A stretch of DNA of 64,000 bases. Source: Bacillota bacterium. GTDB lineage: Bacteria; Bacillota; Clostridia; Oscillospirales; Oscillospiraceae. The notes below the pieces were generated by a model, which was not told the origin of the DNA, made no database searches, and was given only the letters and a program-made list of their open reading frames with translations. The stretch lies in NCBI GenBank assembly GCA_029100605.1, contig JAQXPK010000093.1, positions 1,851 to 65,850 of the forward strand. Reading direction: 5' to 3'. Below, piece after piece: positions 48,352 to 57,447 of the stretch (position 1 is the stretch's first letter; each line of letters starts with the position of its first letter). The position numbers and the translations under genes are program-made.

Positions 48352-49452
48352 TCAGCAGGCTCGGGATTTGTTAACGCACTGCCGGATGATGCTGTCCATT
48401 TCGTCCATCTTCTTCAGCATATCCTTTGCCAGGGCGATCTGGCAGCGGGTGCGCACCAGGTTGTGATTGGGGTACTTGATGTTAAAATACTTGTCGCCCC
48501 GGATGTAGTCGTCCAGGAAGCGGACGCACAGCTCCGCCGTCAGGTCAAAGCAGCTCACAGCCAGGGTCTGCGCCTCTTTGTCTGTCATGGACGGGGCGGT
48601 TTTGGACAGGAAGCCCTCGGCAAAGGCACGGAAGACCTCCAGATTCACCCCGGCTTTCTCATACGCCGGGCAGTCCTCCTCCACGTAGTTACAGGCAAAA
48701 CGGATAGCGTCGCCGAAGTCATGGCCCATCAGGCCGGGCATGACGGTGTCCAAATCGATGACCACCATGGCGCTGTTGTCCGTCGGATGAAACAGGACGT
48801 TGTTGATCTTGGTATCGTTGTGGGTCACCCGCAGAGGCAGCTGACCGGCGTTCTGAAGATCGGTGAGGATGCAGGCCTGATCCTCCACGGACTTGAGCCA
48901 TGCCAGCTCCTCCCGAACCTCCGCCACCCGACCCACCGGGTCTTCCCGGACGGCCTGCCACAGGCTTTCATAGCGCTTGCGGGTATTGTGGAAGCCGGGG
49001 ATGGTCTCGATGAGCTGAGCGGAGTCGAAATCCGCCAGATCCGTCTGGAATTCGCCGAAGGCCATACCGGCGTTGCGGACGATGTTCAGATCCGTCACCA
49101 CATTGTAGGTGACGGAGGGGACATAGTTGCACATCCGCCAGAAGTCATCCCCGTCGATGACGTAGGTCTTTCGGTCGGCGGTGTGGTGGAAGTGGAGCGT
49201 CACCTGTCCGGGCTTCTTGCGGCGGATATGCTCCGTAACCTTGTCGATGTTGTCCATCAGCCCCACGGGGTTGCGGAAGGCGTAAGTATTCACGTCCTGA
49301 ACCAAAAAGGACTTCGGCTTCCCGTCCGGCAGGCGGAAATCCACCCGATAGGTGCGGTTGACGTTGCCCATCTGGATGGTCTCGTAGCCCAGGTATTCGC
49401 CCTCAATCCGAAACTGTCTGCAGACCTGCAGCAGCTTTTCATTCACATCCAT
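48352..49452 (-). CDS. Aminoglycoside-phosphotransferase-fold kinase, N-acetylhexosamine 1-kinase (NahK)-like
   Basis: GNVNRTY, ETIPGFHNT, LRVTHNDTKINNVLF, VIDLDTVMPG, DFGDAIR; start MDVNE at 49452. Confidence 0.8.
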   Translation of the reverse strand: MDVNEKLLQVCRQFRIEGEYLGYETIQMGNVNRTYRVDFRLPDGKPKSFLVQDVNTYAFRNPVGLMDNIDKVTEHIRRKKPGQVTLHFHHTADRKTYVIDGDDFWRMCNYVPSVTYNVVTDLNIVRNAGMAFGEFQTDLADFDSAQLIETIPGFHNTRKRYESLWQAVREDPVGRVAEVREELAWLKSVEDQACILTDLQNAGQLPLRVTHNDTKINNVLFHPTDNSAMVVIDLDTVMPGLMGHDFGDAIRFACNYVEEDCPAYEKAGVNLEVFRAFAEGFLSKTAPSMTDKEAQTLAVSCFDLTAELCVRFLDDYIRGDKYFNIKYPNHNLVRTRCQIALAKDMLKKMDEMDSIIRQCVNKSRAC

Positions 49453-49497
49453 TCCATATATCCTTCTTCCAGTCGTCATCGGGTATCAGTCCTGTTG

Positions 49498-49526
49498 ATT
49501 TTACCCGAAACGGGGCGGTTTGTCAA
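49498..49526 (-). promoter_or_regulatory. Sigma-A promoter of the kinase gene
   Basis: TTGACA-17 nt-TAAAAT on minus strand. Confidence 0.75.
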
Positions 49527-49529
49527 CTG

Positions 49530-49567
49530 AAAAAGCCGATTGGGCGCAGAGGCAGCTCCCAATCGGC
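49530..49567 (-). terminator. Terminator of the surface-protein gene
   Basis: GCCGATTGGG...CCCAATCGGC with T5 tail on minus strand. Confidence 0.7.
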
Positions 49568-49572
49568 GCAGT

Positions 49573-51900
49573 TTATCGTCTGCTTCTTCTCTTCAGACTG
49601 CGAACCGTCAGTTCCAGCGCCGCTGAGCAGAGAAGACCGATGAGGGCGCTGCCCGCCACAACGAACGCCACCGGTGTCGTGTCTCCGGTTCTGGGAACGA
49701 CTGCCTCGGTGCAGTAAATTGGAATGGTATTGTCCACGATCCGCCCCTGGGTATCCCGCCAGCCGTCCGCCGCCGTCAAATAGCTGGTTTCGTTCACCGT
49801 TACCGCCAGAGCGCCGGGCATCGGATCGTAACCCTCCGGGACTTTGGTCTGGGTAAGGGTATACCCGCCGTAAGCCAGCCCCGGGCAGGTCGCCGTCCCG
49901 TCCTCCCCCGTAGTCAGCTCCGCCACCGGTACATCCTCCCGGCAGATCCGGAAAACCGCCCCGGGCAGCGGCTTCCCCGCCCCGTTTGTGACCCGGAGGC
50001 GGATGCCGCCGGTATGTACCTCGGCCGGGTCGGATTCGGCCTCAAAGGCGATCCCCCCGGAATTCAAGTAGGACAATCTGATCCGGTTGGCAATCGGCGT
50101 TCCCGGTTCCGCCGTTTCCCGAATGGCTGTCCGGAACCGCACCCGGATTTCCCCCTCCGCCCCCTTCCCTCCCGCATAGGCCATTCCGGCGGGCGTAAGA
50201 GACAGGGAAACTGTCTGGTCGGTTACGGTCAGGGTATAGTGGTCGCCCTCCCGCAGCTTTGTTTCCTCCCCGTCGGCAGCGACCACTGCCGCCGTCAGAC
50301 TTCCCGCCTCGTACTGAAGGCGGCTGTCCAAAGCATCGGTCAGGGTATAGCTCCGGGCGGCAGCCACGCCGGCGGGAACGCTCCCCCCCACCGTCCAGGT
50401 ATGGGGTTGACCCACGTCAAAGCTGGCGCTCACGTCAAAGCTGGCGCTCAATTGGTTTTCAATCTCCAGTCGAACCGTCGGCGCCGTCTCGGCGGCGGCG
50501 ATGGGGTGGACGTTCAGTGTGTAGGTGAGATCCCCCTCCGCCGTCGCAGCCGGGAGCCTCAGGAAAAAGGGTGCGGCGGCAGCCTCCCCGGCATTGCCGT
50601 CCCGCTGCACCGCCAGATACACGCCCTCCGGCTGACCGTTGGCGGTGAAATTGTAGGACGCGAAGCCGTGAATATCCGTCGTCAGGATGGTCACCAGATT
50701 TCCCGGCGTCCGATAGCCCGCCAGTGTCTCCCCGTCGCAAAGCGCCGCGAGACGGAATTCGCCGTTGTCTATCTGTTCCCGGGTCGCCACTCGGTAGAGA
50801 TCAAACCGGACATTGGCAAGGGGGATCCCGTCCTGGTTGCTTTCGTACAAATTCAAAATGCAGTCCGGCTTCACCGTCAGTTCCCCGGACACGGGAAGCA
50901 GGCTGTCGTCATAGCCCACAAGACTGCGCCCCGTTCCTTCAAAAAGGTACACATCGCCGCCGTGCTGGATGCCGGAAATCACCAGTCTGACCTCCAGACG
51001 ATCCGTCAGGCCGGTAAAGCAAACGCTGTAGGTTCCAGCAGCGGAAACCTCCCGGGAATCCGTCTGCGTCCCGCAGAACCCGCTGAGGGTCAGTTCGTCC
51101 CGATCCCCCACGTCGGTCTGAATGTCCACGGAAACGGTGACGGTGTACGTCCCGTCCGGCTGCTGCTGAGCGGTATACGCCGGATTGACCAGCGCCGCCC
51201 CGGAGACCGTGTCCAGCCCCGGCTCCGCCGGTGCCAGGCTTCCGAAATACCGGCACAGCGCCTCCACGTTCCAGGCCGTAAAGTCCGTAGGCTTCTGGCT
51301 GAGCATGGCGGTATCCGCCACCTGCTTCCGGTATTCCCGCCAGCCCGCTGTGGTCATATCCTCCCAGCCGGACAGGTACTGCCGGATGGTAAACTGCCCC
51401 GGATTTGTCAGCTGCCACAGGGCAAGCTGGCAGGCAAGAACGGCCTCGCCGCTTTGCAGCTCCCGGATCTCCTCCATACCCCGGCTGTGAAGCCAGACAT
51501 TGGCGTTTGCCTGGATGGATGCGGTGTCCCGGCAGGGATAGCCGCTGAGCACCACGGCGCGGATCTTCCCCGCCGTCAGGGAATCAAAGCACCCGGCGTC
51601 CTCCAGATTCTCCCGGCGATAGGTATCTTCCGCCAGCAGCCGTCCCGCCGCGTCGGCTGAGTACGCGGCGATGCTCTGCTCCCCGGCGGTCAGCTGACAA
51701 AGTTCGGAGTAATCTTCCCCGGAGAGCACCGAATTTCCCGTCTCGTCCGTCACCGTGTAGTCCGCTAAAAAAGGCGCGGCGCAGGCAAACATCTGCCGCG
51801 CCAGGCGCAGCCCCGTCTCCGCCCCATGCGCCCGGCAGCTCAGCGCCGCGCAAAGCGCCGCCGCTGCGGCAATTCCCGCCAGGATGCGCCCAAACCGCAT
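49573..51900 (-). CDS. Sortase-anchored surface protein: degenerate thioester (TED/TQXA-like) domain plus SpaA/CnaB and fimbrial D2-like domains
   Basis: Signal peptide; CQLALW (TQxAIW-like); PLANVRFDLY, YTLTDALDSRL, PLPGAVF, YTLTQTKVPEGY; C-terminal VPRTG + TM + KRRSRR; ATG 51900 fits the GGGGAG RBS. Confidence 0.78.
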   Translation of the reverse strand: MRFGRILAGIAAAAALCAALSCRAHGAETGLRLARQMFACAAPFLADYTVTDETGNSVLSGEDYSELCQLTAGEQSIAAYSADAAGRLLAEDTYRRENLEDAGCFDSLTAGKIRAVVLSGYPCRDTASIQANANVWLHSRGMEEIRELQSGEAVLACQLALWQLTNPGQFTIRQYLSGWEDMTTAGWREYRKQVADTAMLSQKPTDFTAWNVEALCRYFGSLAPAEPGLDTVSGAALVNPAYTAQQQPDGTYTVTVSVDIQTDVGDRDELTLSGFCGTQTDSREVSAAGTYSVCFTGLTDRLEVRLVISGIQHGGDVYLFEGTGRSLVGYDDSLLPVSGELTVKPDCILNLYESNQDGIPLANVRFDLYRVATREQIDNGEFRLAALCDGETLAGYRTPGNLVTILTTDIHGFASYNFTANGQPEGVYLAVQRDGNAGEAAAAPFFLRLPAATAEGDLTYTLNVHPIAAAETAPTVRLEIENQLSASFDVSASFDVGQPHTWTVGGSVPAGVAAARSYTLTDALDSRLQYEAGSLTAAVVAADGEETKLREGDHYTLTVTDQTVSLSLTPAGMAYAGGKGAEGEIRVRFRTAIRETAEPGTPIANRIRLSYLNSGGIAFEAESDPAEVHTGGIRLRVTNGAGKPLPGAVFRICREDVPVAELTTGEDGTATCPGLAYGGYTLTQTKVPEGYDPMPGALAVTVNETSYLTAADGWRDTQGRIVDNTIPIYCTEAVVPRTGDTTPVAFVVAGSALIGLLCSAALELTVRSLKRRSRR

Positions 51901-52045
51901 TTTGTCCACTCCCCGAAACCAGCGTCTTCCGCTTTTTTCCTCAGTCTATCACAGCCCGGCTGTCGAATTCTGGGGAAATAGGGAGCTTGGGTACAATTCC
52001 CGGATTTTTCCGTGGCAGTCCTTTGCATGGGCGAAAATGTACCGG

Positions 52046-53023
52046 TCAGGACAGCTTTTCCAGCGTGGTGCCCGGGTAGTAGTGCGCCAGGATCTCGGAA
52101 AAGGTGCTGCCGGTGACCGCCATGGCATCGGCGCCGTACTGGCTCATGCCCACCCGGTGTCCGTAGCCCCGGGTGGTGATGGTGACGGTGTCCTCCGTTG
52201 TGGATACGGAAAACGCAGTGGAACGCAGACCCAGAAGCGACCGCAGCTGGGTTCCCCGGTACACCGTGTCGCCGATGGTCATGGTGTCGATGCCCCCGCC
52301 GTCGGTATAGGTCACCGCCCGGAACCAGCTGTCCGGCGTTCCCTCCAGGCTGACACCCAGCGCCTGCTGAAACTGCTCCGCCGTAAAGCTGACCGTGTCC
52401 CGGTAGTGCACCGCGTTTTCCTCCCCTGGGCTGCTGACGGCCTGCAGGTAGGGAAACTCCGTCCCCCACACCGCCGCCGCGTCCTCGGTGCTGCCGCCGG
52501 AGCAGGAAAAATAGGTTGCTTCAATCAGCTCCCCTTCATAGGTGAGCACGTACCCGGAGGTTGCCGCCACAGCGCTGCGCGCCCGTTCCACCCCCGCTTC
52601 CGTGCCGCCCCGGGCAAGGTAATCCGCCTCCGTGACGTAGCCCTGGCAGCAGGACGCGTTGGTACAGACGGAGCCATCGCCATGCTTGCCGCCGGTTTCA
52701 TAGGCCTTTTGGGTATAGGTTCGGGCAACCACCGCCTGAGCCTTCAGCGCCTCGGTTTCAAAGGAAACCGGCATCTCCGCCAGCACAACGCCCACCAGAT
52801 AGTCATCCATGTCCATTTCCGTAACAGTTCCATCGTCGCCGCGCAGCAGCATGGGCAGCGCCACGGTCTGCAGGGGCGAAGTCTGGGGAACCGTCACCGT
52901 CTCCCCGGGGTTCGTCTCAGGCTCCGGCTCCGTCATCCGTCCGGCGGCGATATTCAGCACGATTCCCGGCACCACCAGCCCCATGAACAGGGCGGTGAGA
53001 ATGTCTCTGGTCAGTGTTCTCAT
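52046..53023 (-). CDS. spoIID: Stage II sporulation protein D (lytic transglycosylase)
   Basis: YLVGVVLAEMP..F..EALKAQAVVARTY, H..C..CCQ, GYGHRVGMSQYGA, ILAHYYPG; start MRTLT at 53023. Confidence 0.93.
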   Translation of the reverse strand: MRTLTRDILTALFMGLVVPGIVLNIAAGRMTEPEPETNPGETVTVPQTSPLQTVALPMLLRGDDGTVTEMDMDDYLVGVVLAEMPVSFETEALKAQAVVARTYTQKAYETGGKHGDGSVCTNASCCQGYVTEADYLARGGTEAGVERARSAVAATSGYVLTYEGELIEATYFSCSGGSTEDAAAVWGTEFPYLQAVSSPGEENAVHYRDTVSFTAEQFQQALGVSLEGTPDSWFRAVTYTDGGGIDTMTIGDTVYRGTQLRSLLGLRSTAFSVSTTEDTVTITTRGYGHRVGMSQYGADAMAVTGSTFSEILAHYYPGTTLEKLS

Positions 53024-53094
53024 TGGTATCCCTCCCGGGGATATGGTAGCACCTGCCACAAAAAAAAGCTGTCAGTTTTCTTCCGCATAAGAGT

Positions 53095-53122
53095 AGGCCA
53101 TGAAGCCGACGCTTCATGGCCT
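53095..53122 (-). terminator. Hairpin downstream of AEC transporter (probable terminator)
   Basis: AGGCCATGAAGC-cgac-GCTTCATGGCCT; weak U tail. Confidence 0.55.
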
Positions 53123-53153
53123 GTTTGCTGGATATGTAGACTGGATATGTAGA

Positions 53154-54083
53154 TCAGACAACCATCACGGTAACGACGCTGAAGATGACCATGCAGACCA
53201 CCGTCAGCACCGAGCAGACCCCCGCCGCCACGGAGGCGTCCTCCTCCGTTCTACCCAGGCTGGGCGCCAGGAAGCTGGTGGGCAGGGTGCAGTAAATCAG
53301 CACCGCCCAGCGGGTTGCCGGCTCCACCCCCGGCACCAGCAACAGTCCCGCCTGAACGATCAGGCAGAACACCATCTGCAGGGCAAAGTGAAGCCCCGCC
53401 ACCCGGAAGACAGCGACGCGTCTGTCCCCGGAAAGGGAAAAATTGTAGCCCACACTGAACAGAATTGCCGCGCTGACCGGCTGCGCCAAAAATGAGGTCG
53501 TCTCCCGGAGAATGCCGCCCAGGCCGACCCCGTCCAGCCATGCCGCAGCGCCGGTCAGATTCAGGGCAAGTCCGGCCAGGCTCATGAGCAAAATGGGCGA
53601 GGTCAGGGTCTTCTTCGCAATGGCTCCCGGCGTCGGATCCTCTCCCGTGTCCGCGGAGAGCATGGCAATGATCGGGCAGGCTACCGGCAGCTGCGCCAGA
53701 TCCAGCATTCCCATGCGGTAGGCCTGATCCGCGCCAAAAAGGATCATGAACAGCGGAATGCCCAGCATTCCCGTCTCCTGAGCCGCGAAGAGCATGGGAA
53801 GGTTGTGGTAGGGAAAGCGTTTCTTCCCCCTCCGGAGTGCCCAGAGGGCGCTGCACAGCATCAGCGGAAAAACCATCGCCATGCTGGATAACGCTCCCGC
53901 GTCAAGATCAGCGGTGAGGCAGGAGGTAAAGAGCACGCAGGGCAGACCGAATTTCATAACGAACTGCTGCAATCCCCGGTTTCCCTCCGGGGAGATCACC
54001 GCCTTGCGCCGCGCGTAAACACCCAGCAGAATCGCGGCAAGAATCGGCGCGACAACCTTTGCCACAGTCAGCACCTTGTCCAT
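53154..54083 (-). CDS. AEC (auxin efflux carrier/malate permease) family transporter
   Basis: About 10 TM segments; FVMKFGLPCVLF, GMLGIPL, LPTS motifs. Confidence 0.8.
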   Translation of the reverse strand: MDKVLTVAKVVAPILAAILLGVYARRKAVISPEGNRGLQQFVMKFGLPCVLFTSCLTADLDAGALSSMAMVFPLMLCSALWALRRGKKRFPYHNLPMLFAAQETGMLGIPLFMILFGADQAYRMGMLDLAQLPVACPIIAMLSADTGEDPTPGAIAKKTLTSPILLMSLAGLALNLTGAAAWLDGVGLGGILRETTSFLAQPVSAAILFSVGYNFSLSGDRRVAVFRVAGLHFALQMVFCLIVQAGLLLVPGVEPATRWAVLIYCTLPTSFLAPSLGRTEEDASVAAGVCSVLTVVCMVIFSVVTVMVV

Positions 54084-54114
54084 GGACAGCCTTCCTCTCT
54101 ATGTATGATTACGG

Positions 54115-54147
54115 AAAAAGGCCGGTTTCCAAGAAACCGGCCTTTTT
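54115..54147 (-). terminator. Terminator of the tRNA gene
   Basis: AAAAAGGCCGGTTTC-caa-GAAACCGGCCTTTTT. Confidence 0.8.
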
Positions 54148-54222
54148 GGTGGACCTGAAGGGATTCGAACCCTCGACCCCTACAATGCGAATGTAATGCG
54201 CTCCCAGCTGCGCTACAGGCCC
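54147..54222 (-). tRNA. tRNA-Ala(CGC)
   Basis: GGGCCTGTAGCGCAGCTGGGAGCGCATTACATTCGCATTGTAGGGGTCGAGGGTTCGAATCCCTTCAGGTCCACCA; 76 nt, anticodon CGC, G3:U70, encoded CCA. Confidence 0.97.
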
Positions 54223-54237
54223 ATGGGGTACTGGAGC

Positions 54238-54266
54238 ATTATAGCGCAGCGGAGAAACGTTGTCAA
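54238..54266 (-). promoter_or_regulatory. Sigma-A promoter of tRNA-Ala
   Basis: Perfect TTGACA-17 nt-TATAAT. Confidence 0.88.
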
Positions 54267-54274
54267 GAGAAAAC

Positions 54275-54303
54275 TTGCGGGAATGGGAAATCCGTGGTAT
54301 ACT
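54275..54303 (+). promoter_or_regulatory. Divergent sigma-A promoter of the methyltransferase
   Basis: TTGCGG-17 nt-TATACT with TG extension. Confidence 0.65.
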
Positions 54304-54328
54304 CATCAAAAAGATGGGAGGACATCCT

Positions 54329-55078
54329 ATGAACTATCAGGATTATAACGCCGCCGCCATCGACCGGTGGGTGGAAAACGGCTGGCGGTGGGGGCAGCCC
54401 CTTTCCCACGAGGCCTATCTGGAAGCCACAAAGGGAAACTGGGCGGTTTTACTCACCCCCACCAAGCCCGTCCCCCGCGACTGGTTCGACGAACTGAAGG
54501 GAAAGCGGATTCTGGGACTCGCCAGCGGCGGCGGGCAGCAGATGCCCGTATTCGCGGCGCTGGGCGCGGTGTGTACCGTGCTGGACTATTCTCCCAGGCA
54601 GCTGGAAAGCGAGCGGATGGTTGCCGACCGGGAGGGCTACAGCATTTCCATTGTCCGCGCCGACATGACCAAACCGCTGCCCTTTCCGGATGAATCCTTT
54701 GATCTCATCTTCCACCCGGTGTCCGACTGCTATGCGCAGGAGGTTCGGCCCATTTTTCGGGAGTGCTATCGTGTTTTGAAGCACGGGGGCGTGCTGCTTA
54801 CCGGATTTGACAACGGCATCAACTTCATGGTCGGTTCGGATGAGAAAACCATTGAGAACACCATGCCCTTCAATCCCCCGAAAAACGAAGCCCAGCGCCG
54901 TCAGCTGGAAGAAGAGGACGGCGGCATGGAGTTTTCCCACTCCCTGGAAGAGCAGCTGGGCGGGCAGCTGGAGGTGGGCTTCCGCCTGACCCACCTGTAC
55001 GGCGACACCAACGGCGAAGGCTATCTCCACGAGCGCAACATTGAAACCTTCCTCGCCACCCGGGCGGTAAAACCCTAA
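54329..55078 (+). CDS. Class I SAM-dependent methyltransferase
   Basis: ILGLASGGGQQ, VLDYS, ADM..LPFPDESFDLI, RVLKHGG; ATG 54329 after GGAGG. Confidence 0.88.
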   Translation: MNYQDYNAAAIDRWVENGWRWGQPLSHEAYLEATKGNWAVLLTPTKPVPRDWFDELKGKRILGLASGGGQQMPVFAALGAVCTVLDYSPRQLESERMVADREGYSISIVRADMTKPLPFPDESFDLIFHPVSDCYAQEVRPIFRECYRVLKHGGVLLTGFDNGINFMVGSDEKTIENTMPFNPPKNEAQRRQLEEEDGGMEFSHSLEEQLGGQLEVGFRLTHLYGDTNGEGYLHERNIETFLATRAVKP

Positions 55079-55144
55079 GGCAGCACCACGCAATGGGAAC
55101 TGCGCTCTTCGGCGGATCTTTTGTCCCATTATGCGGTGCTATCC
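55078..55144. repeat. 67-nt dispersed hairpin repeat, copy B
   Basis: AGGCAGCACCACGCAATGGGA...TCCCATTATGCGGTGCTATCC; matches 15268-15334. Confidence 0.85.
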
Positions 55145-55216
55145 GAATTTTTTGCTTCCCAAACCGGAGAAACGGTGGTAAAATAGCCGCCGATATTATG
55201 TTAAGGAGAATACCCG

Positions 55217-57358
55217 ATGCAGTCAACTACTGAAATTCTGGCTCAGGAGTTGGGCCAGAAGTTAGAGTATGTGGAAAACGTTGTCCGCCTTATGGACGAA
55301 GGCAACACCATCCCCTTTATCGCCCGGTACCGCAAGGAAATGCACGGCGCCATGGACGACACCACTCTGCGAAATCTGGAGACCCGCCTGACCTATCTGC
55401 GGAATTTGCAGCAGCGGCGGGACGAGGTCAAAAAGTCCATCGAAAACCAGGGCAAGCTGACAGATGCGCTGTCCGCCGCCATCGACGATGCCGCCACCAT
55501 GACGGAGGTGGAAGACCTGTACCGTCCCTACAGGCAGAAGCGCCGCACCCGCGGCTCCATGGCTCGGGAGAAGGGTCTGGAGCCTCTGGCGCAGGCGATC
55601 TTCGCCCAGGACGGGCAGGAGCCTGCCGCCCTCGCGGAATCCTTTGTTGACCCGGAAAAGGGCGTGAATTCTATTGAAGAAGCCCTCCAGGGCGCCAGTG
55701 ACATCATCGCGGAGGATCTTTCCGACGACGCGGACATCCGCAAAGCCCTCCGGGAACTGACCATGCGCCGGGGAACCCTGATCTGCACCGCCGCCGAGGA
55801 CGCGGAAGCCGACGGCGTTTATAAGCTCTACTACGACTTTTCCCTGCCCATTTCCCGGGTGCTGGATCACCAAATTCTCGCCATCAACCGGGGTGAAAGG
55901 GAAGGGGTTCTAAAGCCCGTCGTGTCGCTGCCCGGCAACGAGGGTGCTGCACTGGTGTGCCGTGCCGCTCTGAAGCCCACGGCTCAAGTTTCCCAGTTTG
56001 TGCGCTCCGCCGCCGAGGACGCCTATGAGCGGCTGATCTTCCCCGCCATCCAGCGGGAGGTGCGCTCCGCCCTGTCGGATCGCGCCTACACCGGTGCCAT
56101 CCACAACTTCGCCCTGAACCTGAAGCCCCTTCTGATGCAGCCGCCGGTGAAGGGCTTCGTCACCATGGGCTTAGACCCCGGCTACCGCAACGGATGTAAG
56201 GTCGCCGTGGTGGATGCCACGGGCAAGGTGCTGGCTACCTCCGTGGTCTACCCCACCTTCAGCGAGTGGAAAAAGCAGGAGGCCATCGCGACTCTGTCCG
56301 CGCTGATGCGCAAATACGGCGTTAAGCACATTGCCATCGGCAACGGAACCGCCTCCCGGGAAACCGAGGCCATGACCGTGGAGCTGCTCAAGTCCTTTCC
56401 TGAGGCCAGCTACATGATCGTCAGCGAGGCCGGCGCTTCCGTTTACTCCGCCTCCCCCCTGGCTGCGGAGGAATTCCCGGAATATGACGTGAATCTCCGC
56501 TCCGCCGTGTCCATTGCCCGGCGGCTGCAGGATCCCCTTGCCGAGCTGGTGAAAATCGACCCCAAGGCCATCGGCGTGGGGCAGTATCAGCATGACTGCC
56601 CCCAGAAGGAGCTGGACGCCGCCCTGGGGGCGGTGGTGGAGGACTGCGTCAACGCCGTGGGCGTGGATGTCAACACCGCTTCCCGGAGCTTGCTCCAGCA
56701 GGTTTCCGGTCTCAACGCCACCACCGCGAAGAACATTGTTGCCTACCGGGAGGAAAACGGCCCCTTCACCAGCCGCGCCCAGCTGAAAAAGGTGCCCAAG
56801 CTGGGGCCGAAGGCCTTTGAGCAGTGCGCCGGCTTCCTGCGGGTTCCCGAGAGCAAGGAAATCTTAGACAACACCGGCGTCCACCCGGAATCCTACGCCG
56901 CCGCCAAGGCGCTGCTGAAGCTTCTGGGCTGCGACAAGGGCGGCGATTTCTCCCATCTGACGGAAAAGCTGAATGCCTACGGCCTGAGCAAAGCCGCCGC
57001 GGAGTGCAACCTGGGTGAGCCAACGCTGCTGGACATCGCCAGGGAGCTGTCGAAACCCGGTCGCGACCCCAGAGACGACCTGCCCGCCCCCATTCTGCGC
57101 AAGGACGTTCTGGAAATGAAGGACTTAAAGCCCGGCATGGAACTGACGGGCACGGTGCGCAACGTCATCGATTTCGGTGTTTTCGTGGACATCGGCGTCC
57201 ACCAGGACGGTCTGGTGCACATTTCCGAGGTATGTAACCGCCGCCTGAAGCACCCCAGCGAGGTGGTAAAGGTGGGCGACGTGGTGAAGGTCGTGGTGCT
57301 GTCCGTGGACGAAAAGCGTCACCGCATCAGCCTTTCCATGAAGCAGGCAAAGCCGTGA
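55217..57358 (+). CDS. tex: Tex transcription accessory protein (S1 domain)
   Basis: GNTIPFIARYRKE, GLDPGYRNGCK, IGNGTASRET, IGVGQYQHD, C-terminal S1 FGVFVDIGVHQDGLVHISE. Confidence 0.95.
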   Translation: MQSTTEILAQELGQKLEYVENVVRLMDEGNTIPFIARYRKEMHGAMDDTTLRNLETRLTYLRNLQQRRDEVKKSIENQGKLTDALSAAIDDAATMTEVEDLYRPYRQKRRTRGSMAREKGLEPLAQAIFAQDGQEPAALAESFVDPEKGVNSIEEALQGASDIIAEDLSDDADIRKALRELTMRRGTLICTAAEDAEADGVYKLYYDFSLPISRVLDHQILAINRGEREGVLKPVVSLPGNEGAALVCRAALKPTAQVSQFVRSAAEDAYERLIFPAIQREVRSALSDRAYTGAIHNFALNLKPLLMQPPVKGFVTMGLDPGYRNGCKVAVVDATGKVLATSVVYPTFSEWKKQEAIATLSALMRKYGVKHIAIGNGTASRETEAMTVELLKSFPEASYMIVSEAGASVYSASPLAAEEFPEYDVNLRSAVSIARRLQDPLAELVKIDPKAIGVGQYQHDCPQKELDAALGAVVEDCVNAVGVDVNTASRSLLQQVSGLNATTAKNIVAYREENGPFTSRAQLKKVPKLGPKAFEQCAGFLRVPESKEILDNTGVHPESYAAAKALLKLLGCDKGGDFSHLTEKLNAYGLSKAAAECNLGEPTLLDIARELSKPGRDPRDDLPAPILRKDVLEMKDLKPGMELTGTVRNVIDFGVFVDIGVHQDGLVHISEVCNRRLKHPSEVVKVGDVVKVVVLSVDEKRHRISLSMKQAKP

Positions 57359-57363
57359 TTTCC

Positions 57364-57396
57364 GTCCCGCGGGCATAGTTTCCGCGGGACTTTTTT
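57364..57396 (+). terminator. Intrinsic terminator of tex
   Basis: GTCCCGCGG...CCGCGGGAC-TTTTTT. Confidence 0.85.
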
Positions 57397-57447
57397 CAGC
57401 TTCCATATTCCCAAACGCCCCCAAAACTGCGACCTTTTCCCGAATAC

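Noticed and set aside
51915-52045. Possible riboswitch upstream of the surface-protein gene
   Set aside because: Only a weak GGTACA/TGTACC closing stem; c-di-GMP and other aptamer consensus motifs were not found
53129-53153. Short tandem duplication TGGATATGTAGA and a possible sigma-E promoter for spoIID
   Set aside because: Only two copies, and I could not fit convincing sigma-E -35/-10 spacing
53154-54222. Genomic island integrated at tRNA-Ala
   Set aside because: No integrase and no duplicated tRNA 3' end was seen; core spoIID follows closely
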